Notes: generated from the letters alone by a model not told the origin. A stretch of DNA of 64,000 nucleotides from an uncultured delta proteobacterium (GCA_963848135.1 CAWKCK010000002.1:372001-436000), one strand, 5' to 3'; shown: positions 44,101 to 50,662, counted from the first letter of the stretch. Numbers and translations: made by a program.

Positions 44101-46313
44101 ATCACATCGGCGCGAAAAGTCAGGTCATCGGCGGCAATGTCGGCGGCATTGGTGCTTTTAACCACTTCAAAAGCAAAATTCGCCGTATCCCCCGGGTCGA
44201 TGGCCGGACCGGTGCATTCATAGACGGTAGCGCCAAGCGGGAGGCCCGACGGATATTGCCACTCGTCCAGAGGCGGCGGGTTGCTGGTGGTCCCACAGCC
44301 GCTGGGCCAGCTGACCACCTCCATAGTCCGACCGAAAGTGACATAGGTAGTGTAATCGGCTGCGCTATGGCCGCCGTTATTGGTCAACACGACGGTCAGA
44401 GGCAGCCGTTGGGCCGGATCACCGGTGAGAATAAAGACCAGTTCGTTGTTTAAAAAGTTTATGTCCAGATCTTCGGGCCTGGGGTCATGGGTGGTTACGA
44501 TGGTGTTCCTTGTGTCACCGGGGGTACAAAAATTCTCGAAGTCTATATCCAGGGTGTTGGTCAGATCGTTGAGGTCCACGGCATGGTTGGGGTCTGTGCC
44601 ATCTCCCGGGCCCTCGGTTTGGACATCGAGATCAGCCGCCTTGTCATAGGATAGCGGTCGGATCAGGATAATGCCGAAAGTGACGACCAACCTGTCGCCG
44701 TTTCGGAGCATATTGTCCTGTTCCGGATGGTGGGGATTGACCTCAGAGCTGGTCAGCGTGAATTCCGGAATATTATTGTTCAAAGGATTGGCATCGGGGT
44801 TGTCCCATTGAATCCGGTTGGTCAATCCGGGATAATAGCCGTAGGCACCGGTGGCCGTAATTGACGGAACAAACGTAGAATCAACCACGTATTCCGGAGG
44901 AAGATCATTTTTAAACCGAAGGTCCGTGACCGTAGCGCCAGTATTGTTGGTGATGGTGATGCGGACCCTGCCTTTGGCACCGGTAACAGGGTTACTTCCG
45001 TAACCGATGAACCTGACCTGGGTTGTTAGATTGGTGTTGGAGAAAGTGCTTAGTGTGGCTGTGGCATTGACCGGAGTCAGCCCCGTAGACGTACTGCCGA
45101 TACCGCCTGCTGGGCTGGGTTCAGACTCGCAGCCCCATTGGATTTCTGAAACGGTGTTGTCTTTTCTGTCGGCTTCACAGGACCCGTTGGGCGTTGCGTC
45201 TGGAATCTTGCCCACAAGGTAAACATAGGCGGATTGGCCGTCGGTCACATCGATAATATCAGGTGGGTCGTTGCCGGGATTGCCGAAGGGATTGTCCACA
45301 TCGAAATTGTCGATCGTGTTGCCGGCAGGGAGGCATCCGGTGCCACCCGGATCGACACCGTTGTTGGCGGTGATGGCCGAGGCCGAGGCTGCTGATGGGC
45401 AGATGTAGTTGATGTTGATATTGCCGGATTCCATCAGGTCGTCCAGACGCAAATCCTGCAGGTTGGCCGTGCCGTCATTTCGTATCTGGATGCGCCAAAT
45501 CACATCGTCCTTGACGTTGCCATAGACGGTCTGAGAGTACTCTCCTTCATCCTGCCCCGCATCCACATTGCGGCCCCGCTTGAATACCGCAGGGTAAGGC
45601 TCGCGCAGCGGCAGTTCGTCTACCGAGGAAGTTGCCGATTGGGGATTAACCGAACATGGTGGGTACGGTGGGGATCCCGTCGCGTCTTCGGTACGGTAAG
45701 TGAGCCGGGCCTGGATATCGCGGTCAGCAATGACCAACCCTTCCTGGCTGTTTGAAGGGCGCGTCACCGGGAATGTAATGGCGATGGTCTGGTAACTGCT
45801 TGGCCAAGGCTGCCGATACTCGAGAGGTCCGCCGAGCTCTGCAATCTCACTCGGAGTCCAGGTCAATGTGCTACCGCTGACGATCGGGTCTCCGGTTGGC
45901 CAGGCGGGGCCTCCATTGATACTGACCGTTACCTGTGTGGAAGGGTCATCGTGGAAGGTCAGCCCTGAAGCACCGAGGTTCTCGTCCACAGTCATGTCGG
46001 TCATGTCCGCTCCCTCGTAGGGATTGGTTATGACGATGGTGACGTAACCGTAACCGCACAGCTCGCAGTAGCTGGTACTCAGATTGTGTCGTATGATAGC
46101 GGGGGCTGCGGGTCTGATGTCACAGGGATCAGCAAAGGCTGCATCTGCAGATAACAACAGTATCAGTGCATTCAGGACGGCACAGATCCATTGAGTGAAT
46201 CTTATCGACTTTTTTTTCTTTGGGAGCATAACGTGAGACTTGCACCGTGAAAAAATAATCGAAAAACAACGGTAAGCCGCAGTTAGCCCATGAAAGAAAA
46301 AAGCTTCTTTCAT
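35157..46313 (-). CDS. Giant (~3700 aa) DUF11-repeat / SdrD-B-like surface protein (putative adhesin)
   Basis: Many K...(P)GD.L.Y.I...N.G...A..V...D.LP repeats; DGLDNDGDGVIDE Ca-binding-like loop; VFDDRNLNGRQDTGEKGL. Signal peptide ends AAFA-DP. Start is 46313 (GAGG RBS) or 46229; the ORF-track start 46394 lies inside the riboswitch. Confidence 0.85.
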   Translation of the reverse strand: MKEAFFFHGLTAAYRCFSIIFSRCKSHVMLPKKKKSIRFTQWICAVLNALILLLSADAAFADPCDIRPAAPAIIRHNLSTSYCELCGYGYVTIVITNPYEGADMTDMTVDENLGASGLTFHDDPSTQVTVSINGGPAWPTGDPIVSGSTLTWTPSEIAELGGPLEYRQPWPSSYQTIAITFPVTRPSNSQEGLVIADRDIQARLTYRTEDATGSPPYPPCSVNPQSATSSVDELPLREPYPAVFKRGRNVDAGQDEGEYSQTVYGNVKDDVIWRIQIRNDGTANLQDLRLDDLMESGNININYICPSAASASAITANNGVDPGGTGCLPAGNTIDNFDVDNPFGNPGNDPPDIIDVTDGQSAYVYLVGKIPDATPNGSCEADRKDNTVSEIQWGCESEPSPAGGIGSTSTGLTPVNATATLSTFSNTNLTTQVRFIGYGSNPVTGAKGRVRITITNNTGATVTDLRFKNDLPPEYVVDSTFVPSITATGAYGYYPGLTNRIQWDNPDANPLNNNIPEFTLTSSEVNPHHPEQDNMLRNGDRLVVTFGIILIRPLSYDKAADLDVQTEGPGDGTDPNHAVDLNDLTNTLDIDFENFCTPGDTRNTIVTTHDPRPEDLDINFLNNELVFILTGDPAQRLPLTVVLTNNGGHSAADYTTYVTFGRTMEVVSWPSGCGTTSNPPPLDEWQYPSGLPLGATVYECTGPAIDPGDTANFAFEVVKSTNAADIAADDLTFRADVIGEITDNGGNLLTYPAINVPARSDGGSDRANNYSLDGLRARVVGFNLLKSQVGACTENNPPPMSPDRQVQIGEECTYHIDTGGWFGFKTPGFTFIAVQNIEVDDELPNGQGWLRSGDSAPPDNTTSAIQGISRAPSPLNPLNEGWITWLFNAGLPITEIDHWFRRDMTTRLLNDPVNTVGDPNQHAALSTNTLNSTFDAIFRDDTTGLNVTHTLGSGTVGYPRVEVRQISLTATEPQITVVKRVCNESLNGSGTACSSFVPLADDGDAYDSYIYRLTVTNEAIDSGVTRAPAYDVTVTDTLDASDLAYVLPFDADGLDNDGDGVIDEADEGVISDNTVRNGASAVITFAYTHSSPLLRINPGQSVQLYYRVDYDDDAAPLQTFTNTADATYDSLEGAFGNQTAPQLANGDAPEIGGARVYISPAASAAVRVIPVQTQPKRIIDLSNTPLVGAGSIQGVSIGEEIEYRLNTLLPVALLRNFVIRDELPAGLRCSDAPEVNLNAPPYSAANFVPGGTFTPACNDGFVEWNFGDQRVTNGSIGNRYDFEIGFIARVENTAGTNDADVLSNGDPATTATASYIDEGGNPVVLTFGQVDVLVREPRIDLTKALAVANADAGDILTVTVTATNNGTATAYNLRVLDDLTGRNMTFTGTAGGTNPPDTIDTTTLGVNRPIFSWNAPNGINPAGVISFTFNVSVDTAAQPLEVLDNTIQADWTSLPDQSTALNSTGTIGADGSEDGMRIGALPNAADTINDYETESSDSATVPPLTQVKTDLDPAVIPTIGAHKSFRIDINLPEGTTQGVLVTDSLDTSGISYFLENNDSYDITYTFQGIASINGAVPGESSFTAFPADNTSGSAIWNIGTVVTQTENDLAQNAITPLIRIEYFARVNNDLVTDNGDTLQNSVVVNYANGESGGQEVLTDNTPAVNVVEPLLSGTKTVINVTSGKLPTDPAAGGDILEYAVTILNSGTATAMDVNVVDTLPFGLPLYTSFIPTATIGGSTVAGFVAMPDNAPVGPLIWGHGNGDDSLDIPVGQSLILTYRVVVQSLSGSFSNSVWVDWTSLDGDSGYERNGQGCPSWTAPNDYCAGAVVTIIPTVDDSGIAKAFTNDTFDVPPLSTAVDAIARVGDTITYRLSLDLRGGLTSNVQVQDVLPTGMAFVDVVSINGDTAADYTAPAGGPGSNFAYAPITAANVPAAGQTGTLTWTIGDVVNNPFGDPTTDILEINYRARILPDAGIAHVASTTLTNTATLDYTDAPILTGDAVVTLYQPVIAAITKTERSGLTSPAAVDVVNDTMLFRLEACNSGSAPAYSIEMADQLATQLDETSIANLVVSANGASLTTGSDYNYTPPAARGGALHFLLTTPVNPGECLIIDYDIGFHTDFGPNQTWNNSVTVDGYWSLPAQSGQLYGPVGPAIFEMTNTAIIEPPEKTIVTPVSAMAAIGDLIVYRVTVPSTPINAAMHDVRILDDLGASAADLTFISVTKASGSQSWTPVNTGTATNLVIEDTTAGIDIPAGEQIAIDIMVLLVDTPTNVSGLVFNNSTSYTYNQTNNNPGSQADGGSGTSPDITIVGPDALTLEKTGPATMQVGTPAAFTLNVHNPSTGTAWNPIITDRLPQGATGGMCAVGPSNVTAQIILADGTPAPAPLVEDTDYSVSFNGQPTCEWTISLLSAAGGLAPDQRLIVRYDLELDLSTENGIVLTNVAGATQWFSADPGAAGTAPRIYDRVLTDGTPGTLDHEDSHTVTCEAPILAFIKNVQNMTTGQNPGSNASPGDTLRYTIQLSNSGPVGVTSFSIMDEVDRLNDPPVFAPGSLVMISVPAGADTSGTSAVGGTHGTGLLNVANLVIGAQGDANDTVLIVFEITLAPAITSGTVVLNQAEIVSVNPVRLQSDDPNMPGDTDPTETLIASAPVFEVRKISTIMSGDPNVLMAGETLRYTITIKNIGTEDAVNARLRDDTPANTTYVANSTTLNGIAVPDPSPGNNPLHAGILVNAPENATAGYLRADTGPGATNVATVTFDVVVDPSAMNGLIIENQGFFSASGAGSGLQPEQPSDDPTTPIPDDPTRNVVGNLPLLYAHKTVQIHEDFGSPGIVDPGDVLRYTIAISNYGAIPATGVTLTDTVPANTSYVVDSLRLNGSSMGPDGGVSPLIAGLTVNSSDNPGAGIISAGNNAVITFEARVNAGVPAGTLISNQGSVTSDELSPVPTDADGLPSNGYQPTVIVVGDAQLLSVTKEVSIVGGGAAIAGGQLAYTIRVTNVGTLPATRVMVTDDLSPPLGNQVAYIAGSGTLNGTVAGVTYAGSTLTADYAAQYGDLQPGYSAIVRFRVQIDPALAIGTTITNTGVVRWNDPAQTDSASVSLDVGGTPGSGIFNGNVWHDANLNRICDTTTETLLEGWSVALYRNSQLVTTVLTDASGAYRINGLVPNAGTTELYELRFLAAGAGPNTASLGMADSAFTNGPQRISAITVASGGYLQNLNLPLWPNGAAYNSVAREPVAGVRLTLLNAATGTPLPSQCFDDPNQQNQVTAQDGFYKFDLNFSDGSCPAGGAYLIEVVPPATGYVAAPSEIIPPASDTTTAAFSVPACPGSANDAVPATADFCEVTTYPAIPPLSILPGAAGTTYYLHLVLNNGNLPGQSQVFNNPIPIDPELGGAVSITKTSSTVNVVRGELVPYTITVSNVFGAPLYDIRIVDRFPAGFKYVTGSARLDGQPLEPLINGLEAFWDDLDLQVNQIKTFKFLLVVGSGVTEGEYVNRAQVINTATGGAVSGEATATVRVVPDPDFDCTDFIGKVFDDRNLNGRQDTGEKGLAGVRVVTVRGLIATTDEHGRFHITCAAVPDEDRGSNVILKLDERSLPTGYRLTTENPRVQRATRGKMIRFNFGATIHRVIRIDIAGGVFEPNTSELRLQWRPRLDQLLAELKKAPSLLRLSYLADVETKGLVNQRLGALKKEITRQWKRSEGGYRLTVETEIFWRRGAPVTSQR

Positions 46314-46372
46314 GACACCTCTCAATACAACCGTCACCGCACAAATAGGTGCATCAAGAGATGTCACGTCTT

Positions 46373-46467
46373 TGCTCGGCAACCCTGCTACCATATCCCT
46401 GTATCTACGGACTTAGGCCAGCGGCTTTGCGTCTTACCCTTTCGGAGTAGTTTGCCGTTTTCGAGTT
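46373..46467 (-). ncRNA. c-di-GMP-I (GEMM) riboswitch
   Basis: Minus strand CTCGAAAAC-GGCAAACTACTCC-GAAA-GGGTAAGACGC-AAAGCCGCTGGCCTAAG...TATGGTAGCAGGGTTGCCGAG. It shows P1 CUCG/CGAG, a GAAA tetraloop, the CCUAAG/UAUGG receptor, and GCAAA, GACGCAAAGC and GUUGCCG consensus blocks. Confidence 0.92.
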
Positions 46468-46513
46468 ATTCGTGATTAATAAAGTGGCGGGATCTCTTAC
46501 TGACCGGACAAAA

Positions 46514-46530
46514 AGCAATTTCAGTGCCAG
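46514..46530 (-). promoter_or_regulatory. Sigma-54 (-24/-12) promoter of the giant operon
   Basis: CTGGCACTGAAATTGCT, a near-perfect TGGCAC-N5-TTGCW, about 45 nt upstream of the riboswitch and preceded by a long AT-rich region. Confidence 0.8.
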
Positions 46531-47041
46531 AGATTCACTTGTTGTTGACTTCTTGTTTTTTCTGATATGTTATCAGTAGGTTAGATTTAACTTAATAATT
46601 ACTTCAATGAGAATTATCATCTATTGATCTTATTTTAACGATCCAGCATTTGCTTCCGGTTACGAACCCAATAATTTCTATCAAAAATTTGAAATAGGAA
46701 TTTCACTTTTGTAATTATGTATATTAGCAATCTGATAGCTGCATTTGTTTCAAAATTAAGCAATATTTCAACGCGTCACCGGTAACGCTTTAAAGCGATG
46801 ATCGTAAATTCAAAAGATTAAATGAATACTGGGATATCTTATTTTTACTTTAAATTACTAAAGGATCGGGGTATTTTTCTCGCAAATACTTACCCAGAGC
46901 GGAGGGGGTCGTGACTAGCAAAAGCGGACATGACTGAATGGCAGGATTTTACCGGAATGTTTTAACCTAAAGTGAGCTTTGTAAATTTTAAATGGAGGGG
47001 GAATTGCTCTCTTTATGAGGAATTCTATCAAAGTTTGATTT

Positions 47042-47190
47042 TTTAATCTGAAACCCTTGGGATTGCCGACTTTGCCGCATCTACGGCGTCATATGCCGTC
47101 CCGCGTAGCTGATCCCGCCGGCGGCGGGACGAAACGATATCTTCCTTGTATCTGTGGCAACCTCAACAATCGCTCAAATTAGGTTTAAAT
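47042..47190. repeat. Palindromic MITE/REP-like element, copy 1
   Basis: CCGCATCTACGGC...GTCCCGC.TAG...AACGA.AT.TTCCTTGTA.CTG.GGCAA...AATCGC.CAA.TT.GGTTTAAAT is shared with 49262-49393. Confidence 0.7.
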
Positions 47191-48900
47191 ATATCCCTTT
47201 TCTCCCAGAAAAAGCAGTATTTCCTGGGCAGCCTCGTTGGGGGCCAAATCGGTGGTGTCGATCCGCAATTCGGGCGATCCGGGAACTTCATAAGGATCGT
47301 CGACACCCGTAAAACCTTTGATCATTCCCGCACGCGCCTTAGCATACATGCCCTTGCGGTCTCGTCCTTCACAAACCGCCAATGGTGTGGAGACGTGTAC
47401 TTCGATAAAGCCACCATAGGATTCGATTCGGGATCGGATGTCGCTGCGGGTTTTCTCGTATGGTGCGATCGGCGCACAAATCGCTATGCCGCGGTTTTTG
47501 GTTATTTCGCTGGCCACAAACCCAATGCGATTCACATTGGTATCCCGGTCTTCTTTGGAAAAGCTGAGGTTGCTCGAAAGGTTTCGCCGCACGATGTCAC
47601 CGTCGAGTAAGGTCACCGGCCGTTGGCCAATTTCAAGAAAGCGGGAGTAAAGAATCTTGGCGATTGTTGATTTGCCGGCTCCGGAAAGACCCGTCAAAAA
47701 TACTGTGAACCCCTGCCGTGCTGGCGGTGGGTAGGCCTTCTGGAGCTCATCAAGGGCTTCCGGAAACGTCATCCATTCTGGAATGTTCCGTCCACGCTGC
47801 AACCGCCGGCGAATGTCCGTGCCGGAGAGCGAAATGCGCTGAACATCTTCACCTACTTGATCAGCCGGTTTAAACTCATCTTCGAAAGGCAAATAGACCA
47901 TCTCTTCGAAGGGAATGATATTGATGCCGATTTCTCCGGCGCACTCTTCCGTTAACTGACGGGCCGCCCCGGCCTTGTAAAACCATTGGCCGTTACTGTC
48001 CATACCGGGCCCTGCATGGTCGTGCCCGACAATAAAGTCACTCGCTCCGTAGTTTCGAGAAATGATCACATGCAGGAGCGCCTCTTTCGGCCCGGCCAGG
48101 TGAGAAGAAAGGGGTAGCAGGTTGATCAACAGCGAATCGGGTGGGTAGTGGCGCGCGACTGCACGATAGCAGCGTACGCGGGTGTAGTGATCGAAATCGC
48201 CTGGTTTGGACATTCCCACAATGGGCAGTACCAGCAGGTTGCCGCGAATCTGTCGCATGGCTTTGATGGTCATTTCGAAATGCGGTCTGTGAATCGGTTG
48301 CCGCGTCTGAAAGCCGATGACGCGTTGCCATCCCATTTTTCGAAACGTCCGACGGATCTCTGAAGGCGACAACCGTAGAGATTTAAAATCGAAATGCAGT
48401 GGCAGGCTAGTGACCTCGAGGCTGCCCCCGACATAATAGGTCCCGGCTTTGTTGAAGAGATACTCTACACCGGGATGGGCAATATCGGTCGTTCCGAATA
48501 CCATCTCGGCTTCTTTCTCCTTCTCAACCGGCCATAGATCTTCGACATTCAGGATGCCCAGCAGGAATCCCTCTGGGTCGCGAATTGCAACGGACTGTCC
48601 CACCTCCAAGGAACGGGCCGTGTTTTCGGAAATGTCCAGGCAAACGGGAAGCGGCCAGAGGGTATTGTCCTGTAGACGCATGCGGTCCAGAACAGATTCG
48701 TAGTCCGGCCGTCTCATAAAGCCTTTGAGGGGTGAAAAAGCCCCGGTGGCTAACAGTTCGAAATCACATAGCTGCCGCGCCGTAAGGGTGATGTCCGGGA
48801 AATTGAGGGACAGTTTTTTTAGCAATACAGTTCGTTCTGCATCCACCGACAGGTCGACCAGTTCTCCACCGTGGGGTTCGATGAGTGTTTCCATTTTCAT
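47185..48900 (-). CDS. sat-cysC: Bifunctional sulfate adenylyltransferase / adenylylsulfate kinase
   Basis: PHGGELVDL, GAFSPLKGFM, FQTRQPIHRPH, NYGASDFIVGHDHAG; APS kinase GLSGAGKST, LLDGD, FTGVDDPYE. Confidence 0.9.
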   Translation of the reverse strand: MKMETLIEPHGGELVDLSVDAERTVLLKKLSLNFPDITLTARQLCDFELLATGAFSPLKGFMRRPDYESVLDRMRLQDNTLWPLPVCLDISENTARSLEVGQSVAIRDPEGFLLGILNVEDLWPVEKEKEAEMVFGTTDIAHPGVEYLFNKAGTYYVGGSLEVTSLPLHFDFKSLRLSPSEIRRTFRKMGWQRVIGFQTRQPIHRPHFEMTIKAMRQIRGNLLVLPIVGMSKPGDFDHYTRVRCYRAVARHYPPDSLLINLLPLSSHLAGPKEALLHVIISRNYGASDFIVGHDHAGPGMDSNGQWFYKAGAARQLTEECAGEIGINIIPFEEMVYLPFEDEFKPADQVGEDVQRISLSGTDIRRRLQRGRNIPEWMTFPEALDELQKAYPPPARQGFTVFLTGLSGAGKSTIAKILYSRFLEIGQRPVTLLDGDIVRRNLSSNLSFSKEDRDTNVNRIGFVASEITKNRGIAICAPIAPYEKTRSDIRSRIESYGGFIEVHVSTPLAVCEGRDRKGMYAKARAGMIKGFTGVDDPYEVPGSPELRIDTTDLAPNEAAQEILLFLGEKGYI

Positions 48901-49261
48901 GGGTATTCAGCTATCCTTTGAGTCATATGGCCGACCGACTGTCGGTAGATTGATACGCCGCGGCTGAGCATGTTTCGCATTGTATTCTAATAAAAATTAC
49001 CGGCTGCCGCCAGATCTGTGAAATTAAGTTTAGGTAATACTTCTGGCGATCCCTTGCACCACCGAAACGTTATCTTATTAACTTAATCCTAATAATTCTA
49101 CAATATTACTGATTTTCTGTCCACTGGTTTCGGTGATAGAAGCGAAAGCCCTCGAGCTCCTGAGGACGGTTTCTTTAACCCAAGTTGAGCGTTTCATATT
49201 TTCGAAATATGAAAACCAACTATAAAAGTAAGGCATTCTGCCCATCAGGATTTCGAAAATA

Positions 49262-49393
49262 TAAATTCCTCCAGGATTTCCAATTTCACCGCATCTACGG
49301 CATCAAATGACGTCCCGCATAGTTCACTAAAGCGGAACGACATTTTCCTTGTACCTGCGGCAAACTTGAAAATCGCCCAATTTGGGTTTAAAT
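49262..49393. repeat. Palindromic MITE/REP-like element, copy 2
   Basis: Direct-orientation homolog of 47042-47190; a partial inverted end also lies near 49175-49197. Confidence 0.7.
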
Positions 49394-49534
49394 CGGGCAC
49401 GAAAAAGATGATCAACGATTACAGAGGTGACAGTGCCGTCTCGTCCCGTCAACACCGGCCAAAGATCAATTGAGCGTTTGACCCTGTGTTTGGAAACCGA
49501 TAAGTAGGTGTAATCTCAAAAGGAGACGATCTCC

Positions 49535-50662
49535 GTGCAGACAACCCATTACATCACCATCGGTGACGCCAGAAAGATGACAGGCGTGGCTGATGGCAGT
49601 GTTGACCTGGTCGTCACTTCACCGCCCTACCCCATGATTTCAATGTGGGACAATCTGTTTGGGGACCTCGAGCCGGCCGTGACCGAGGCTCTGAAGCAGC
49701 GACGCGGAATGGCGGCGTTCGAGCTTATGCATGCGGTGCTCGACCCGGTTTGGCTCGAAGTCCACCGCGTCCTCAAGCCCGGCGGTATTGCCTGCATCAA
49801 TATCGGTGATGCCGTACGCACAATCGGTAAGGACTTCTCGCTCTACCCCAACCATATCCGCATTCTGTCGGTCATGCTCTCCATCGGGTTTCAGGCCCTG
49901 CCGATGATCCTGTGGCGCAAGCCCACCAATGCCCCCACCAAGTTTATGGGCTCCGGCATGCTGCCTCCCGGTGCCTATGTGACTCTCGAACACGAGCATA
50001 TCCTCATTCTTCGCAAAGGAGGAAAGAGACCATTCACAGGGGAACATGCCCAGAAGCGCCGCCGGAGTGCGTATTTCTGGGAAGAGCGCAATGACTGGTT
50101 TTCTGATATCTGGTTGAATCTCGTCGGTGTAACGCAAAATCTGGCGGACAAAGAAGTCAGACAGCGCAGCGCGGCCTTTCCGTTTGAACTCCCCTTCCGT
50201 CTGATTAACATGTTTTCGGTAATGGAAGATTGTGTGCTCGATCCCTTTATTGGCCTGGGGACAACCATGGTGGCCGCTATGGTGTGCGGCCGCAACTGCA
50301 TCGGTTATGAACTGGAACCCGCATTTGGTAAATTTGCGCTCGAACGTGTCCCCGCAAACGTTAACGGCGGCTGCCGACGTCTCGCTGACCGTCTGGAGAG
50401 ACACCTCGATTTCGTCCACAAGAAAACCACCGACGGCCATGAATTCAAACACCGCAACAGATTTTATGGGTTCCCGGTTATGAGCCGCCAGGAAACAGAG
50501 CTGATTATCCAAAAGCCAGCATCCGTTTTACCGGTAGCAGAAAACACCCTGCAGGTGCAGTACGAATTCTTGAGACATGACGATGGGCAACAGCCGGTAT
50601 TCTCTGAAAATTCTCCAGTGAACCGTAAGCGTCCGTCGCAGTTTCGGTTGTTTGATGACTGA
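49535..50662 (+). CDS. Site-specific DNA methyltransferase (N4-C/N6-A, beta class)
   Basis: VVTSPPY motif IV precedes VLDPFIGLGTT motif I; AAAGGAG RBS, GTG start. Confidence 0.9.
   Translation: MQTTHYITIGDARKMTGVADGSVDLVVTSPPYPMISMWDNLFGDLEPAVTEALKQRRGMAAFELMHAVLDPVWLEVHRVLKPGGIACINIGDAVRTIGKDFSLYPNHIRILSVMLSIGFQALPMILWRKPTNAPTKFMGSGMLPPGAYVTLEHEHILILRKGGKRPFTGEHAQKRRRSAYFWEERNDWFSDIWLNLVGVTQNLADKEVRQRSAAFPFELPFRLINMFSVMEDCVLDPFIGLGTTMVAAMVCGRNCIGYELEPAFGKFALERVPANVNGGCRRLADRLERHLDFVHKKTTDGHEFKHRNRFYGFPVMSRQETELIIQKPASVLPVAENTLQVQYEFLRHDDGQQPVFSENSPVNRKRPSQFRLFDD

Noticed and set aside
35157..46313. Nucleotide tandem repeats or CRISPR-like array in the giant gene
   Set aside because: The repeats are visible only at protein level and are highly diverged. 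No repeat-spacer array was seen anywhere in the window.
46314..46394. ORF-track N-terminus MVAGLP... of the giant protein
   Set aside because: The ATG lies within the riboswitch P3 stem. Downstream starts have an RBS or lead directly into the signal peptide.
46373..46467. 3',3'-cGAMP-sensing GEMM-Ib variant
   Set aside because: The discriminator position equivalent to Vc2 nt 20 is G, not A, so c-di-GMP is the better call.
46900..47180. attR duplicate of the tRNA-Pro 3' end
   Set aside because: No copy of TTCAAATCCTCTCTTCCCGACCA was found by eye.
49640..50512. 290-aa minus-strand ORF (possible restriction endonuclease)
   Set aside because: It lies fully antisense to the methyltransferase and has no nuclease motif.
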